Assembly (NCBI GenBank): GCA_019058365.1
Contig: JAHPZE010000004.1
Location: forward strand, 64,001-128,000
Origin: Promethearchaeota archaeon
GTDB taxonomy: Archaea > Asgardarchaeota > Lokiarchaeia > Sigyniarchaeales > SOKP01
DNA: 64,000 nt
Reading direction: 5' to 3'
The notes beneath the pieces were generated by a model. That model had not been told where the DNA came from. It was given only the letters and a program-made list of their open reading frames with translations, and did not search any database. The translations under genes were made by a program, and so were the position numbers. Positions 10,894 through 20,354 of this stretch are shown here, one piece after another (the stretch's first letter is position 1; the number at the start of each line of letters is the position of its first letter).

Positions 10894-12585
10894 GTGTTAA
10901 TAATGAAAGCTTTAATAACAGCAAAAATCACAAACGATTGTTTAAATGAATTAGAAAAGTTAATAGAAATAACGTATGAACCATGGAGAGAAACAGGGAT
11001 AATATATTTTGATGTAAAAGAACTTGTTGAGAAACTTAAAGATTATGATATTTTTATAACTGAAGCTGATGATTTAAAGAAAGAAGCTTTATTTGAGAAA
11101 ACTAACCTAAAACTTATCATATCATGTAGAGGCGATCCGTTTAATGTTAATTTAAAAGCTGCGACTAAAAATAATATTCTTGTTCTTTTTACTCCACTAA
11201 GAAATGTTGATGCTGTAGCAGAATTAACAATCAGTTTAATGTTGATGCTAGCTCGAAAATTACATAACGTTGATCGAGTAATTCATTCTGATGACTTTGA
11301 AATAGTTGAATTTGAAGACTATGTTGAATATTTAAATAAATTTCAAGGTATTGAATTAAAAAGTAAAATAATTGGAATTATTGGTTTAGGGCAAATTGGT
11401 AGAAGAGTAGCAAATAGGCTTAAACCCTTTGGAGTAGAATTTTTAATATATGATCCATATGTAGACGACGAAATTATTAAACTATATGGTAAAAGAGTTG
11501 AAATTGATTATTTAATGAAAACAGCTGATTTCATTACAATCCATTCAATAGCAACTGAAGAAAATGAGAGACTCATCAATAAAGAGCGAATTCTTATGAT
11601 GAAAAAAACAGCTTTTTTAGTTAATACTTCAAAAGGGAGTATTGTTGATTATGATGCTTTACGAAATGTTCTAGAAGAGGAAAAAATAGGCGGTGCCGCT
11701 CTGGATGTTTTTCCTCTTGAACCTATTGATGAGGATAATGAATTCATTGGATTAAAAAATGCTATAATCACCCCCCATATTGGAGGAGATACTGAGGAAG
11801 TAATAAAGAGACAATCAGAACTTTTGTTAAACGATTTGAAGAAGTGGTTAAACAAAGAAAGACCTCAATATGTTATGAATCCTGAAGTATTCAAAGAAGG
11901 AGAAAAAAACAGGTCTCCATATAGTAATAAATTTGACAGAATAAAAAAGGAAATTGTGGATTTATGTAAACAATTATTAAATGAAAAACATGTGATAGGC
12001 TCCGCTGGTAATGTAAGTGTAAGAATAAAAGATAAAGATAAAGAATTTGTATTAATAACTCCTAGTAATGTTCGTTATGACGAAATGGCACCTGAAGATA
12101 TTCTTATAATTGATATGGAAGGGAAAGTTGTAGAAGGTAAAAGAAATCCTTCTGTTGAGAAAAAAATGCACTTAAGTATATACAAAGAAAGAGATGATGT
12201 AAATGCAATTATTCATGCTCATAGTATTTATTCTACCGTTCTTAGTGCGTTAAAACTAACAATTCCACCAATTTTCGAAGAATTTGTTCCCTATATAGGT
12301 GGTGAAGTTTTATGTGCTGAATATGGGGAAGCAGGTACGGAAGAATTAGCAGATGGTGTATTAGCAGTATTAGAAGAGAGAAATGCTGTCTTACTTGCAA
12401 ATCATGGAAATCTATGTTGTGGTAGTCATTTAGATGGAGCTTATACCGTATTACAATATCTTGAGAGAGGAGCAAAGATATATTATCTAGCTAAACTTGT
12501 AGGAGATCCAAATTTGCTACCAGAAGACACTATAGACTATGAAATGGAAATATTTGATGTTTTTAAAGATTCCAAGAAAATTTAA
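10894..12585 (+). CDS. Fusion of D-2-hydroxyacid dehydrogenase (SerA2-like) and class II aldolase (FucA-like)
   Basis: N-half: RGDPFNV, GIIGLGQIG, ALDVF..EP, TPHIGG; C-half: GSAGNVS, ITPS, PSVE..MH, IIHAHS, LANHG. Confidence 0.9.
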   Translation: MLIMKALITAKITNDCLNELEKLIEITYEPWRETGIIYFDVKELVEKLKDYDIFITEADDLKKEALFEKTNLKLIISCRGDPFNVNLKAATKNNILVLFTPLRNVDAVAELTISLMLMLARKLHNVDRVIHSDDFEIVEFEDYVEYLNKFQGIELKSKIIGIIGLGQIGRRVANRLKPFGVEFLIYDPYVDDEIIKLYGKRVEIDYLMKTADFITIHSIATEENERLINKERILMMKKTAFLVNTSKGSIVDYDALRNVLEEEKIGGAALDVFPLEPIDEDNEFIGLKNAIITPHIGGDTEEVIKRQSELLLNDLKKWLNKERPQYVMNPEVFKEGEKNRSPYSNKFDRIKKEIVDLCKQLLNEKHVIGSAGNVSVRIKDKDKEFVLITPSNVRYDEMAPEDILIIDMEGKVVEGKRNPSVEKKMHLSIYKERDDVNAIIHAHSIYSTVLSALKLTIPPIFEEFVPYIGGEVLCAEYGEAGTEELADGVLAVLEERNAVLLANHGNLCCGSHLDGAYTVLQYLERGAKIYYLAKLVGDPNLLPEDTIDYEMEIFDVFKDSKKI

Positions 12586-12616
12586 GATATAATAAGCTAA
12601 TATGTGGCTATTATTT

Positions 12617-13336
12617 TTATTTCCTATTTAATGATTTTAAAGCAGTTTTAGTTGATTCCTCTGCTTGTTCCTTTGTAACCATTCCAATGGTCACAGCACA
12701 TATATTATGCTTGGAAATATATTTAAATGCAATATCTGGTTTTATTTCTCCAGCTGCGAGAGTTTTCATGCCAATAAAATGAAAAGCTTTAGTATTATCA
12801 ACAATTTCTTCTAACCTTTCCAAGTTTCCCATTAAAAATCCATTTAGATTAAATGGTATCAAAATTACTCTTACATTTAATGAATTTTCTAAGCAATATT
12901 GAATTGTTGGAATTGGATCATGAGTTGCGATACCTGGAATAATACCATAACTAGAGATATCATCTAAAAGTCTCAATAAAGTTAATCCTTTTTTATCAGA
13001 AATCATTCCATGTACAAAAATCAGCTTTGCTCCAATTTTAATTAATGCATCAATTCTTGGATCTTTACCTGGATATGTAGATCCCATTATCACATAATCA
13101 CTATGTATTTCACTCATCATATATGCTGCTTCTAAAATTTTTCCACTTGGTATCACTTCAATGCCACGTGCCCCTTTTGCATAACTGCTTTCTAAAATCT
13201 CTAACATTGCATCTGGATTGTTCAAAAATTTCCTACGCCATTCAATTGCTTTAAATCCGAATTGTCCAGCACCTATAAATGGAGAAGTTCCAGTGGAAAC
13301 TAGTGGTATATCTATATCATCTATTTTACAAAAAAT
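12617..13336 (-). CDS. Uncharacterised aldo/keto-reductase-like TIM barrel protein; extends 5' of the ORF-track start
   Basis: Frame is open to 13354 and adds IPLVSTGTSPFIGAGQFG; C-terminal GMKTLAAG; start is probably ATT at 13336, or there is a 1-nt homopolymer error after the ATG at 13350. Confidence 0.55.
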   Translation of the reverse strand: MFCKIDDIDIPLVSTGTSPFIGAGQFGFKAIEWRRKFLNNPDAMLEILESSYAKGARGIEVIPSGKILEAAYMMSEIHSDYVIMGSTYPGKDPRIDALIKIGAKLIFVHGMISDKKGLTLLRLLDDISSYGIIPGIATHDPIPTIQYCLENSLNVRVILIPFNLNGFLMGNLERLEEIVDNTKAFHFIGMKTLAAGEIKPDIAFKYISKHNICAVTIGMVTKEQAEESTKTALKSLNRK

Positions 13337-13531
13337 TTTAAACCCTTCATCACGTTAAAAGTAAAATTTATCTTAATTTGATATGTGATTATTATGAAAA
13401 TAATTATAAAATTTTAAGGCTATTCTTATTGAAATAAATCTACAAAAATCATATTAAATCATAAAAATTATTATTCATTAAACGCAAATGAAATGCAATT
13501 TTGTTTCTGATTTATAAAAGAGGAGACTAGA

Positions 13532-15610
13532 ATTTCACAAATTAATGGTGTTATATGCAATACTTTAACGTTTTATAATGAAGATCTTGAAATAATCGAA
13601 AGTTTAAATTCTCTTCTTCTTCGACATATTCTTACAAACGATGCAAATTGTCTGCTTCTTTTTGGAAACACTGGTGATGGTGAGTTATTTTCAATAACCG
13701 AGAAAATAAAACTTATCGAAATTGCAAAAGAGATAACAGAGAAAAAAGTACCCATACTTGTTGGAATTTATGGTAATCAAGTAGACGACATTATTGATCA
13801 GATTGAAAATATAGGTAAAAAATTCGAAGATCTAAATTTTATGCTCTCTCCTCCTATTTCAGAAAAAAAGACTACAGATACTATAAAATCTTATTTTGAA
13901 AATATTTTAGGTTCAGTCAACCCTAAAAATCAGATTTATTTGATAAATAATCCCCTTCGATTTGCTGGAAATGAGATCGAACCAGATTTGTTGCAAAATT
14001 TAATGGAATTCACTAATCTGAAAGGATTAAATGATTCATTTTATAATATTAAAAAATGTAAATCTTATATTCAACTTTTAAACAAAAATTTTTCTGTTAT
14101 TTGTGGATTAGAAGAAAATTTTCAAAGTTTTTTTCAATTAATACCACTAAATCAGAGAATATATAGTGGAATTGTTTCTAGTATAAGTAATCTAGGTAAT
14201 ATGTGTTCAAAATTATATAAATATGCATTAGAAGATAATATCTTAGAACTTTTAAAAATCCAAGAACATATAAATGATATTAGACATAAAATTTACGAAG
14301 TTAAAAGCAATGAAATTAGGGAACAAATTGGTTTGAAGTACGCTTTTTTACATTTATATAAAGATTTAATATCAAGCATTAAGAATGATAGATATTATAT
14401 TGATGAAATATTGGAAACTCAAGTTGATCCAATAAGTAAAGAAAGAATTGAAGCCACTGTGAATTATTTATTAAATCAGAAACAAATTTATAAATTATAT
14501 TTTATAAGTAAAAAAGATCTTTACCGATTTGATGAGATCATAGATATATTTTCAAAAATAGATGTTTTAGTTGAACAAGGTAAGGTTAAAAAAATTAAAG
14601 GTCCTTATATTGTTGATATTAATACACTCTATAGAGTAAAATTTGAAAATAGTCAATTAGTCTTCAGATTTTGCACAAATCAATCTTTCCAATTTGAAAA
14701 TTCAATTAAAGAAAAGCTCTTATATCCCTTTTTAGATAAAAAACTAAATCCAAATGATATTGAATTAAGACAGAAAGTAAAAGAGATTTTAAATACAAGA
14801 TCAGGTACTTATCTCTTCACTAAAGAAAATCCTCCTATAATCCCAGTAAGTAATCTAATTTATTATGATGAAACTAAGGAGATTATTCCTTACATATTCT
14901 CAGTACAAGATTATATTCGAGGAAAACCTCTATTTCAGCTCATAAACCAATACATAAATGAGGGAAAAAATTTATCTATAAAAAAATTTCTTGATTTATT
15001 TAGTAATTTAGGCGATCATTTAGGACATCTTCATGAAGTAAAATTTAATTGTTTTTATAAAAATATTAATAATATTGGAGAAAATATGAAGATCTCCTAT
15101 ATAGATGTCCTCGAAAATGAATTTGAAGAAAAAATTGAGGCGGCAAAGAAAAATAAAATTGATTTTGCTGACGAAATTAGAGCTTTCTTTAGAGATAACA
15201 GGGTATTAATTGAAGATGAAACAGAATATGTTCTTTTACATAATGATTTTAAAAGTCAGAATATTATTGTTAAGGATGAACTAGGCAGTATTAAAATTAA
15301 TGGTATTGTAGATTTTGATAAATGGTGTATTGGCAGTAGAGCTCAAGACTTCATTAAAATTGATTATTGGATTTTAAAACCTTTAAATAATCCTTTATTT
15401 TATAGCTCATTTTATGATACATATTCTAAATTTTATACTATAGATAGTGATTTTAAAAAAAAAATTGAATTATATAAATTATTTTGGCTTTTGGATGAAT
15501 ACAATTTTGAATCAGAATTAATAAGAAAGTCAGATCAAATGAATATTACAAGAATGCCATCAACACTATTAGAAAATTATTTATTTGAAATCAAAACGAT
15601 AATTCGATGA
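13532..15610 (+). CDS. DapA/class I aldolase-like TIM barrel (degenerate active site) fused to an APH/choline-kinase-like phosphotransferase
   Basis: In-frame 5' extension ISQINGVICNTLTFY...LFGNTGDG...EKIKLIE...VPILVG from ATT at 13532, preceded by AGAGGAG; C-terminal LLHNDFKSQNII and IVDFD kinase motifs. Confidence 0.75.
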   Translation: MSQINGVICNTLTFYNEDLEIIESLNSLLLRHILTNDANCLLLFGNTGDGELFSITEKIKLIEIAKEITEKKVPILVGIYGNQVDDIIDQIENIGKKFEDLNFMLSPPISEKKTTDTIKSYFENILGSVNPKNQIYLINNPLRFAGNEIEPDLLQNLMEFTNLKGLNDSFYNIKKCKSYIQLLNKNFSVICGLEENFQSFFQLIPLNQRIYSGIVSSISNLGNMCSKLYKYALEDNILELLKIQEHINDIRHKIYEVKSNEIREQIGLKYAFLHLYKDLISSIKNDRYYIDEILETQVDPISKERIEATVNYLLNQKQIYKLYFISKKDLYRFDEIIDIFSKIDVLVEQGKVKKIKGPYIVDINTLYRVKFENSQLVFRFCTNQSFQFENSIKEKLLYPFLDKKLNPNDIELRQKVKEILNTRSGTYLFTKENPPIIPVSNLIYYDETKEIIPYIFSVQDYIRGKPLFQLINQYINEGKNLSIKKFLDLFSNLGDHLGHLHEVKFNCFYKNINNIGENMKISYIDVLENEFEEKIEAAKKNKIDFADEIRAFFRDNRVLIEDETEYVLLHNDFKSQNIIVKDELGSIKINGIVDFDKWCIGSRAQDFIKIDYWILKPLNNPLFYSSFYDTYSKFYTIDSDFKKKIELYKLFWLLDEYNFESELIRKSDQMNITRMPSTLLENYLFEIKTIIR

Positions 15611-15711
15611 TTTTTTCCTATAAAATTCATAAAGCTATTTAGAAATTCTGATTTATTATATTTGTTTATACTTATTATAAAAGAGATTTTATGAAAAAAA
15701 TAAAGTAAAGC

Positions 15712-16629
15712 ATGTCGAGATTTAAAAAAGAATTAAAGTTTGCGGTTAAATTGGTTCGTAAAGCAACAGAGATTACAGAATGGTTTAGAAAACACGGATT
15801 TGAATCATTCTTAAAGTCAGATCAATCACCTGTTACATTAGCTGATTTTGCATCTCAACTATATATTATATCAAAGTTAAAGCAACACTTCCCAAATGAT
15901 GAAATAATAGCAGAAGAAGAAAATTTCGAATTTATAGATTTAAAGGCAGAAAATCTTATAAAAAGATGTTTTAATGAATTAAGTTTCGAAAGATTAAAGA
16001 TCATAAAAGAAATTATTGGATTTAAAGGCAAATCTTCAGAACGACAATGGACAATAGATCCCATTGATGGCACAAAGGGATATCAAAAGGGCTTATCTTA
16101 TGCTATAGGTATTGGATTTATGGTAAAATCTACCCCTAGAGTATGTGCTATTGCAGTACCAAATTATAATGAAAAATTCTTAGCTATTTTTTCGGCTGAA
16201 GAAAATCAAGGTGCTCAAGCTTCATATGATGACAAGGATTTTAAACTGATTAGAGTCAATCAAAATGAAGTGATACAGAATATTCGTTTATGCCACTCAT
16301 TACATTATGATCAACCTTGGGTTCTTAATTTCGCAAAGAAAATTGGTATAAAACACTTCATTCAAATTGATAGTATGGCAAAATTTTGCATGGTAGCGGA
16401 AGGAACTGCTGACCTTTATATTAAACCATTAGATGAGAATCATTCATTTACTTGGGATTTCATGCCAGGAGATTTAATTGTAAGAGAAGCAGGAGGAGAT
16501 GTCACAGATTTAAACGGTGAGTATTTAAAATTTAAAAAAGAAAAATGTATATGGACTGCACCTGGTATTATTGCTTCAAATGGTAATATCCAAAAAAAAA
16601 TTTTAGAGTTATATCATAAAAATCAATAA
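15712..16629 (+). CDS. 3'(2'),5'-bisphosphate nucleotidase / inositol monophosphatase family (HAL2/CysQ-like)
   Basis: KSDQSPVTLADF, EE, WTIDPIDGTKG, DSMAK, WD..PG.LIVREAGG.VTD. Confidence 0.9.
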   Translation: MSRFKKELKFAVKLVRKATEITEWFRKHGFESFLKSDQSPVTLADFASQLYIISKLKQHFPNDEIIAEEENFEFIDLKAENLIKRCFNELSFERLKIIKEIIGFKGKSSERQWTIDPIDGTKGYQKGLSYAIGIGFMVKSTPRVCAIAVPNYNEKFLAIFSAEENQGAQASYDDKDFKLIRVNQNEVIQNIRLCHSLHYDQPWVLNFAKKIGIKHFIQIDSMAKFCMVAEGTADLYIKPLDENHSFTWDFMPGDLIVREAGGDVTDLNGEYLKFKKEKCIWTAPGIIASNGNIQKKILELYHKNQ

Positions 16630-16893
16630 ATTTATTTATTAAACCAAATCGTATGATGGTATAATTCACCAAATTTGTTTATCAAATATTAAATTATAGA
16701 TCTATTAAAAAATATACAAATTAATAAAAAATAATAAGAATGGAGATTATTAGTTCTAATTCTCAATATCCAAAGGGATTTAAAATTGAATACATCGGTG
16801 CGATGATGAGATTAAGCGAAGAAAGTTTGAGAAACTTTATCTATTCGTTTAATCTTAGGACGGTTGAAGTTAATCTAAACAAAAAAAAATAAT

Positions 16894-17497
16894 TCACTTT
16901 TTAGATTTCTCTAATAAATCATGGAGCCATTTTAAATACCATTCCTCAAAAGTTAGGTTTGTTCTTTTTAATCCACCATAATCAGCTAACTTATCTATCC
17001 ATATTCTCCCTACTTCTGGTCCGGAAATAATCAACCAATTACGATAAGCGCATCCCTGATGACAAATAGGAATTTCGTCATTTATTGCTTTCCAATACTC
17101 TTTTTGAACTGCTAGATAATCTTTTTCGAATTCCTCTTCATTAACATAATCTTCCTCATTAGGAAAATCAAGATCTTTATACCAATCTGAAGTATATGGA
17201 AATGGTTCAGATAGAAATCCTACAAAACCATCATTTTCTTTCCAAACACCTTCATCATATTCCCCTAACGGAAATACCCCATAATAAGGAACGCCACCTC
17301 CATTTCCAAATTCCATCAAAAATGTTGTATAATCTAATGGTAGCTTTATTTTATACCTAGTCTCAAATTTAATTATTTCCTCTTCGGAGAGAACAGGATT
17401 TATTTTATGTTTATGAAAATCAGAGCCAAAAATATTAATAATTAATATCAATTGCACGTAATTTATTTAATTTGGATATTAGTTCCCTTGAATTCAT
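16894..17497 (-). pseudogene. SMI1/KNR4 (SUKH) family protein with a +1 frameshift near 17437
   Basis: FGS..H...NPVLSEEEI..FE....IKLP.DY..FL..FGNGGG.PYYG; ATG at 17497 encodes MNSRELISKLNKLRAIDINY* in another frame that joins NIFGSDFH after a 1-nt shift. Confidence 0.6.
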
Positions 17498-17536
17498 TAA
17501 AAAAGACCAGTCTAGTTTAAATATTATTTAATTTAA

Positions 17537-18046
17537 TTACAGACTATTATTGAAATATCGTTTTTTCAATTTATTAAGTAATTTCTTACTTTCAGTTAGG
17601 TACTGATCCATAAACTCCATATAAGATGTTTCGTTCTCAATGGCTTTGATTAATTGTTGATCCTTTTCTTTAATAGTTGATTCTTTTAATTTTTTTAAGG
17701 ATTTAATTGCTTTCTTATTAATTTTTACAAACGTTTGAATAAATACATCAAAAAACTCCGGATTAGTATTTAAATCATATGTATATCCTTTTTTTGCAGA
17801 TCCCTTTCTAATAACGGAACCATATGGGAGTAGTACTTTAAGTGCTCTATTAATTGATGAAACTGATGTCCCTACTCCTTGATCTTTCATAAAATGTGAT
17901 AATTTATAGGATATTTCTCCTTGACTGAGGTCTATATCTTCTAAACCTAATAATGCTTCTATCCAACCACAAATAGGTGAAAACCCATATTCTTCGTATA
18001 CACTACCTAAAATAATTAAAAAATTTTGTCGATTCTCTTCAAACAT
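17537..18046 (-). CDS. GbsR/MarR-family transcriptional regulator
   Basis: YGFSPICGWIEALL...LSQGEI...SVSSINRALKVL winged HTH; divergent from a ferredoxin gene. Confidence 0.7.
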   Translation of the reverse strand: MFEENRQNFLIILGSVYEEYGFSPICGWIEALLGLEDIDLSQGEISYKLSHFMKDQGVGTSVSSINRALKVLLPYGSVIRKGSAKKGYTYDLNTNPEFFDVFIQTFVKINKKAIKSLKKLKESTIKEKDQQLIKAIENETSYMEFMDQYLTESKKLLNKLKKRYFNNSL

Positions 18047-18090
18047 TTTTTATGCACCTATATTAATTAGATTAATGTATAATTTAAGTG

Positions 18091-18120
18091 TTTCATATTT
18101 ATGATTCCATAAAAGTGAAA
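18091..18120. promoter_or_regulatory. Imperfect inverted repeat, candidate operator
   Basis: TTTCATATTTATG-attc-CATAAAAGTGAAA (11/13 arm match) between the divergent regulator and ferredoxin genes; second palindrome TTTCATATGAAA at 18159-18170. Confidence 0.45.
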
Positions 18121-18171
18121 TCCTTATATAGATTCAATCACATATCTATTTATTACTTTTTCATATGAAAT

Positions 18172-19071
18172 ATGATCCCAATTTATTACTTTAGTGCTTC
18201 TGGAAATACAAAATATTGTGTTGAATTAGTCCAGCGTGGTTTTCATGATAAGAATATGTTAGTCGAATTAATCAACATAAAATCTGTAAGACACTTACCC
18301 TTCCCGGACCCAAATTCATTATATCCCGCAATAGGTATTGCATTCCCAGTTTATGAATTTATGGTACCTCGTATAATTTTAATTTGGCTTAAAAAATTAC
18401 CAAAAGCTAAAAAAATCACACCATTTCTTATTATTGATACTAGTGGTGGGCTTCCTTGTAATTCAGCGGGAGTTGCAATGGATCTATTGCGTCAGAAAAA
18501 TTATGAACCTTTAGGAGTATTAGAAATCCCAACTCCAACAGCTGAACCATTTTTTAGTAATAAATATTATCCTGTTGGCTGGACTCAAGAGATTCTCGAT
18601 AAATGCTATTTTTTTGGCTCTCTAGTAGCTAATAGATTAAAAAAAGAGAAGAAAGACTTTATTGACTTAAGATTAGGAAGATTAAGGTTTGCAAGATTAA
18701 CTAATTACTTTTATCAATACTTCCTTAAAGGGCAATCTTCATCTGCAGGTATGCTTAAATATAATCCATCTAAATGCAACCAATGTGGTGCTTGTGAAAA
18801 TATATGTCCTATGGCAGCAATAGATATTAAAAAATTACCTAAGCCTTTTAATGATAACCGTTGTATGCTATGTGCAAATTGTGTAAGAATTTGTCCAAAT
18901 CATGCAATAACGATTTCTTATCGCCCAAAAAAAATCCCTCCCTCAGCAAAAGAAACACCAAAGAGTCGACCGGGATACATTGATCCTAAAAAATATCATC
19001 CATCAAGTAAACAAAAGCATAGTACCGGATACTTAAAATTACTTTTTAGGATGATGAAAAAGAAAAGCTAA
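18172..19071 (+). CDS. EFR1-family flavodoxin/ferredoxin protein
   Basis: YYFSASGNT, FPVY, two CxxCxxCxxxCP [4Fe-4S] motifs. Confidence 0.85.
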   Translation: MIPIYYFSASGNTKYCVELVQRGFHDKNMLVELINIKSVRHLPFPDPNSLYPAIGIAFPVYEFMVPRIILIWLKKLPKAKKITPFLIIDTSGGLPCNSAGVAMDLLRQKNYEPLGVLEIPTPTAEPFFSNKYYPVGWTQEILDKCYFFGSLVANRLKKEKKDFIDLRLGRLRFARLTNYFYQYFLKGQSSSAGMLKYNPSKCNQCGACENICPMAAIDIKKLPKPFNDNRCMLCANCVRICPNHAITISYRPKKIPPSAKETPKSRPGYIDPKKYHPSSKQKHSTGYLKLLFRMMKKKS

Positions 19072-19082
19072 ATTAGCTAAGC

Positions 19083-20171
19083 TTAAATTTTAGCAAATTC
19101 TACTAAATTAGTCTGTTTTACTTTATTGTTCCTATTAAAATTAGATAACTTAATTCCTAATAATCTAATCTTTTTTTTATTATCTTTAAAATCTTTATAT
19201 AAATCCAGTACAGTCTTTAAGGCAGTAGATTGATCCTGAATTGGAAGATCATATGATTTTGAGCGAGTGTAAGTTTCAAATCCAGTAAGTCGAATTTTTA
19301 AAGTTATTGTTCTATAAGAAATATGATGTTTAATAACAGATTTATGAATTTTATTATTAATATCCTCTAACTTTTTCATGATAACTGAAAAATCATTAGT
19401 ATCCTCATAAAAAGTTCTTTCTGCGCTTATAGATTTTCTTTCTTCAACAAATTCTTTTACTTTCCGATCATCTAAACCATTAGCAACTTTCCAGATCCAT
19501 CTTCCATGCTTTCCAAATAACTCAATCATAATTGGTAATTTTGTATTAATGATGTCACCAATCGTTTTAATGCCCTTTTTATAGAAATATACTTTTGTTT
19601 TCTTACCTATGCCTGGGATACGTGTAATATCCATGTCTTTTACAAAATCATGTATATTTTGAGGTTTTACTACAGTGATGCCATTAGGTTTATTTTCATC
19701 AGATGCAATTTTTGCTAAAGATTTTATAGGTGCAATGCCTATTGAGATAGTAATTCCAATTTTAGCTAAAATTTCTTTTTGAATTTCTTTTGCAATTTTT
19801 TCTGCTTCTACATAATCATTTGTGATATTTGTCAATTCTAGATATGCTTCATCTGTCCCTACTTTCTGGAATTCATCACTATAAGTTTCAAGGATATTCA
19901 TCACTTCCTTAGATACTTTATAATATTTTTCTCCATTTGGTCTTAAATAAATTCCATGAGGACATCTTTTGAAAGCTTGAGATATTGGCATCGCTGAATG
20001 TAAACCATATTCTCGTGCTTCATAATTACATGTTGCTATTACACCCCTTCCTTTACCTTCCTTTGGATCTGCTCCTATAATAACGGGTTTATTTTTATAT
20101 TGCGGGTTGTCTCTTATTTCTACAGCTGCAAAAAAACAATCAAGATCACAGTGCAAAATAATGCGATTCAT
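19083..20171 (-). CDS. dinB: DNA polymerase IV (Y family)
   Basis: LHCDLDCFFAAVE, ATCNYEAR.YG..SAMP, DEAYL, LAKIASD..KP, IPGIG, RLLGI. Confidence 0.95.
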   Translation of the reverse strand: MNRIILHCDLDCFFAAVEIRDNPQYKNKPVIIGADPKEGKGRGVIATCNYEAREYGLHSAMPISQAFKRCPHGIYLRPNGEKYYKVSKEVMNILETYSDEFQKVGTDEAYLELTNITNDYVEAEKIAKEIQKEILAKIGITISIGIAPIKSLAKIASDENKPNGITVVKPQNIHDFVKDMDITRIPGIGKKTKVYFYKKGIKTIGDIINTKLPIMIELFGKHGRWIWKVANGLDDRKVKEFVEERKSISAERTFYEDTNDFSVIMKKLEDINNKIHKSVIKHHISYRTITLKIRLTGFETYTRSKSYDLPIQDQSTALKTVLDLYKDFKDNKKKIRLLGIKLSNFNRNNKVKQTNLVEFAKI

Positions 20172-20354
20172 TATATATCAAAGGAGGGTTATTTGATATT
20201 ATAAAATGGTTTACAATTTTGATATTCATTAATACTATTTAAAAAAATAGACTTCTAAGAATTATTAGAAATATTTCATTTATTGGATTTATACGGACTT
20301 TAATGAATTATATTTTCAAAATAAATTTTTAATTGAATTTTAATTATTTAATTT

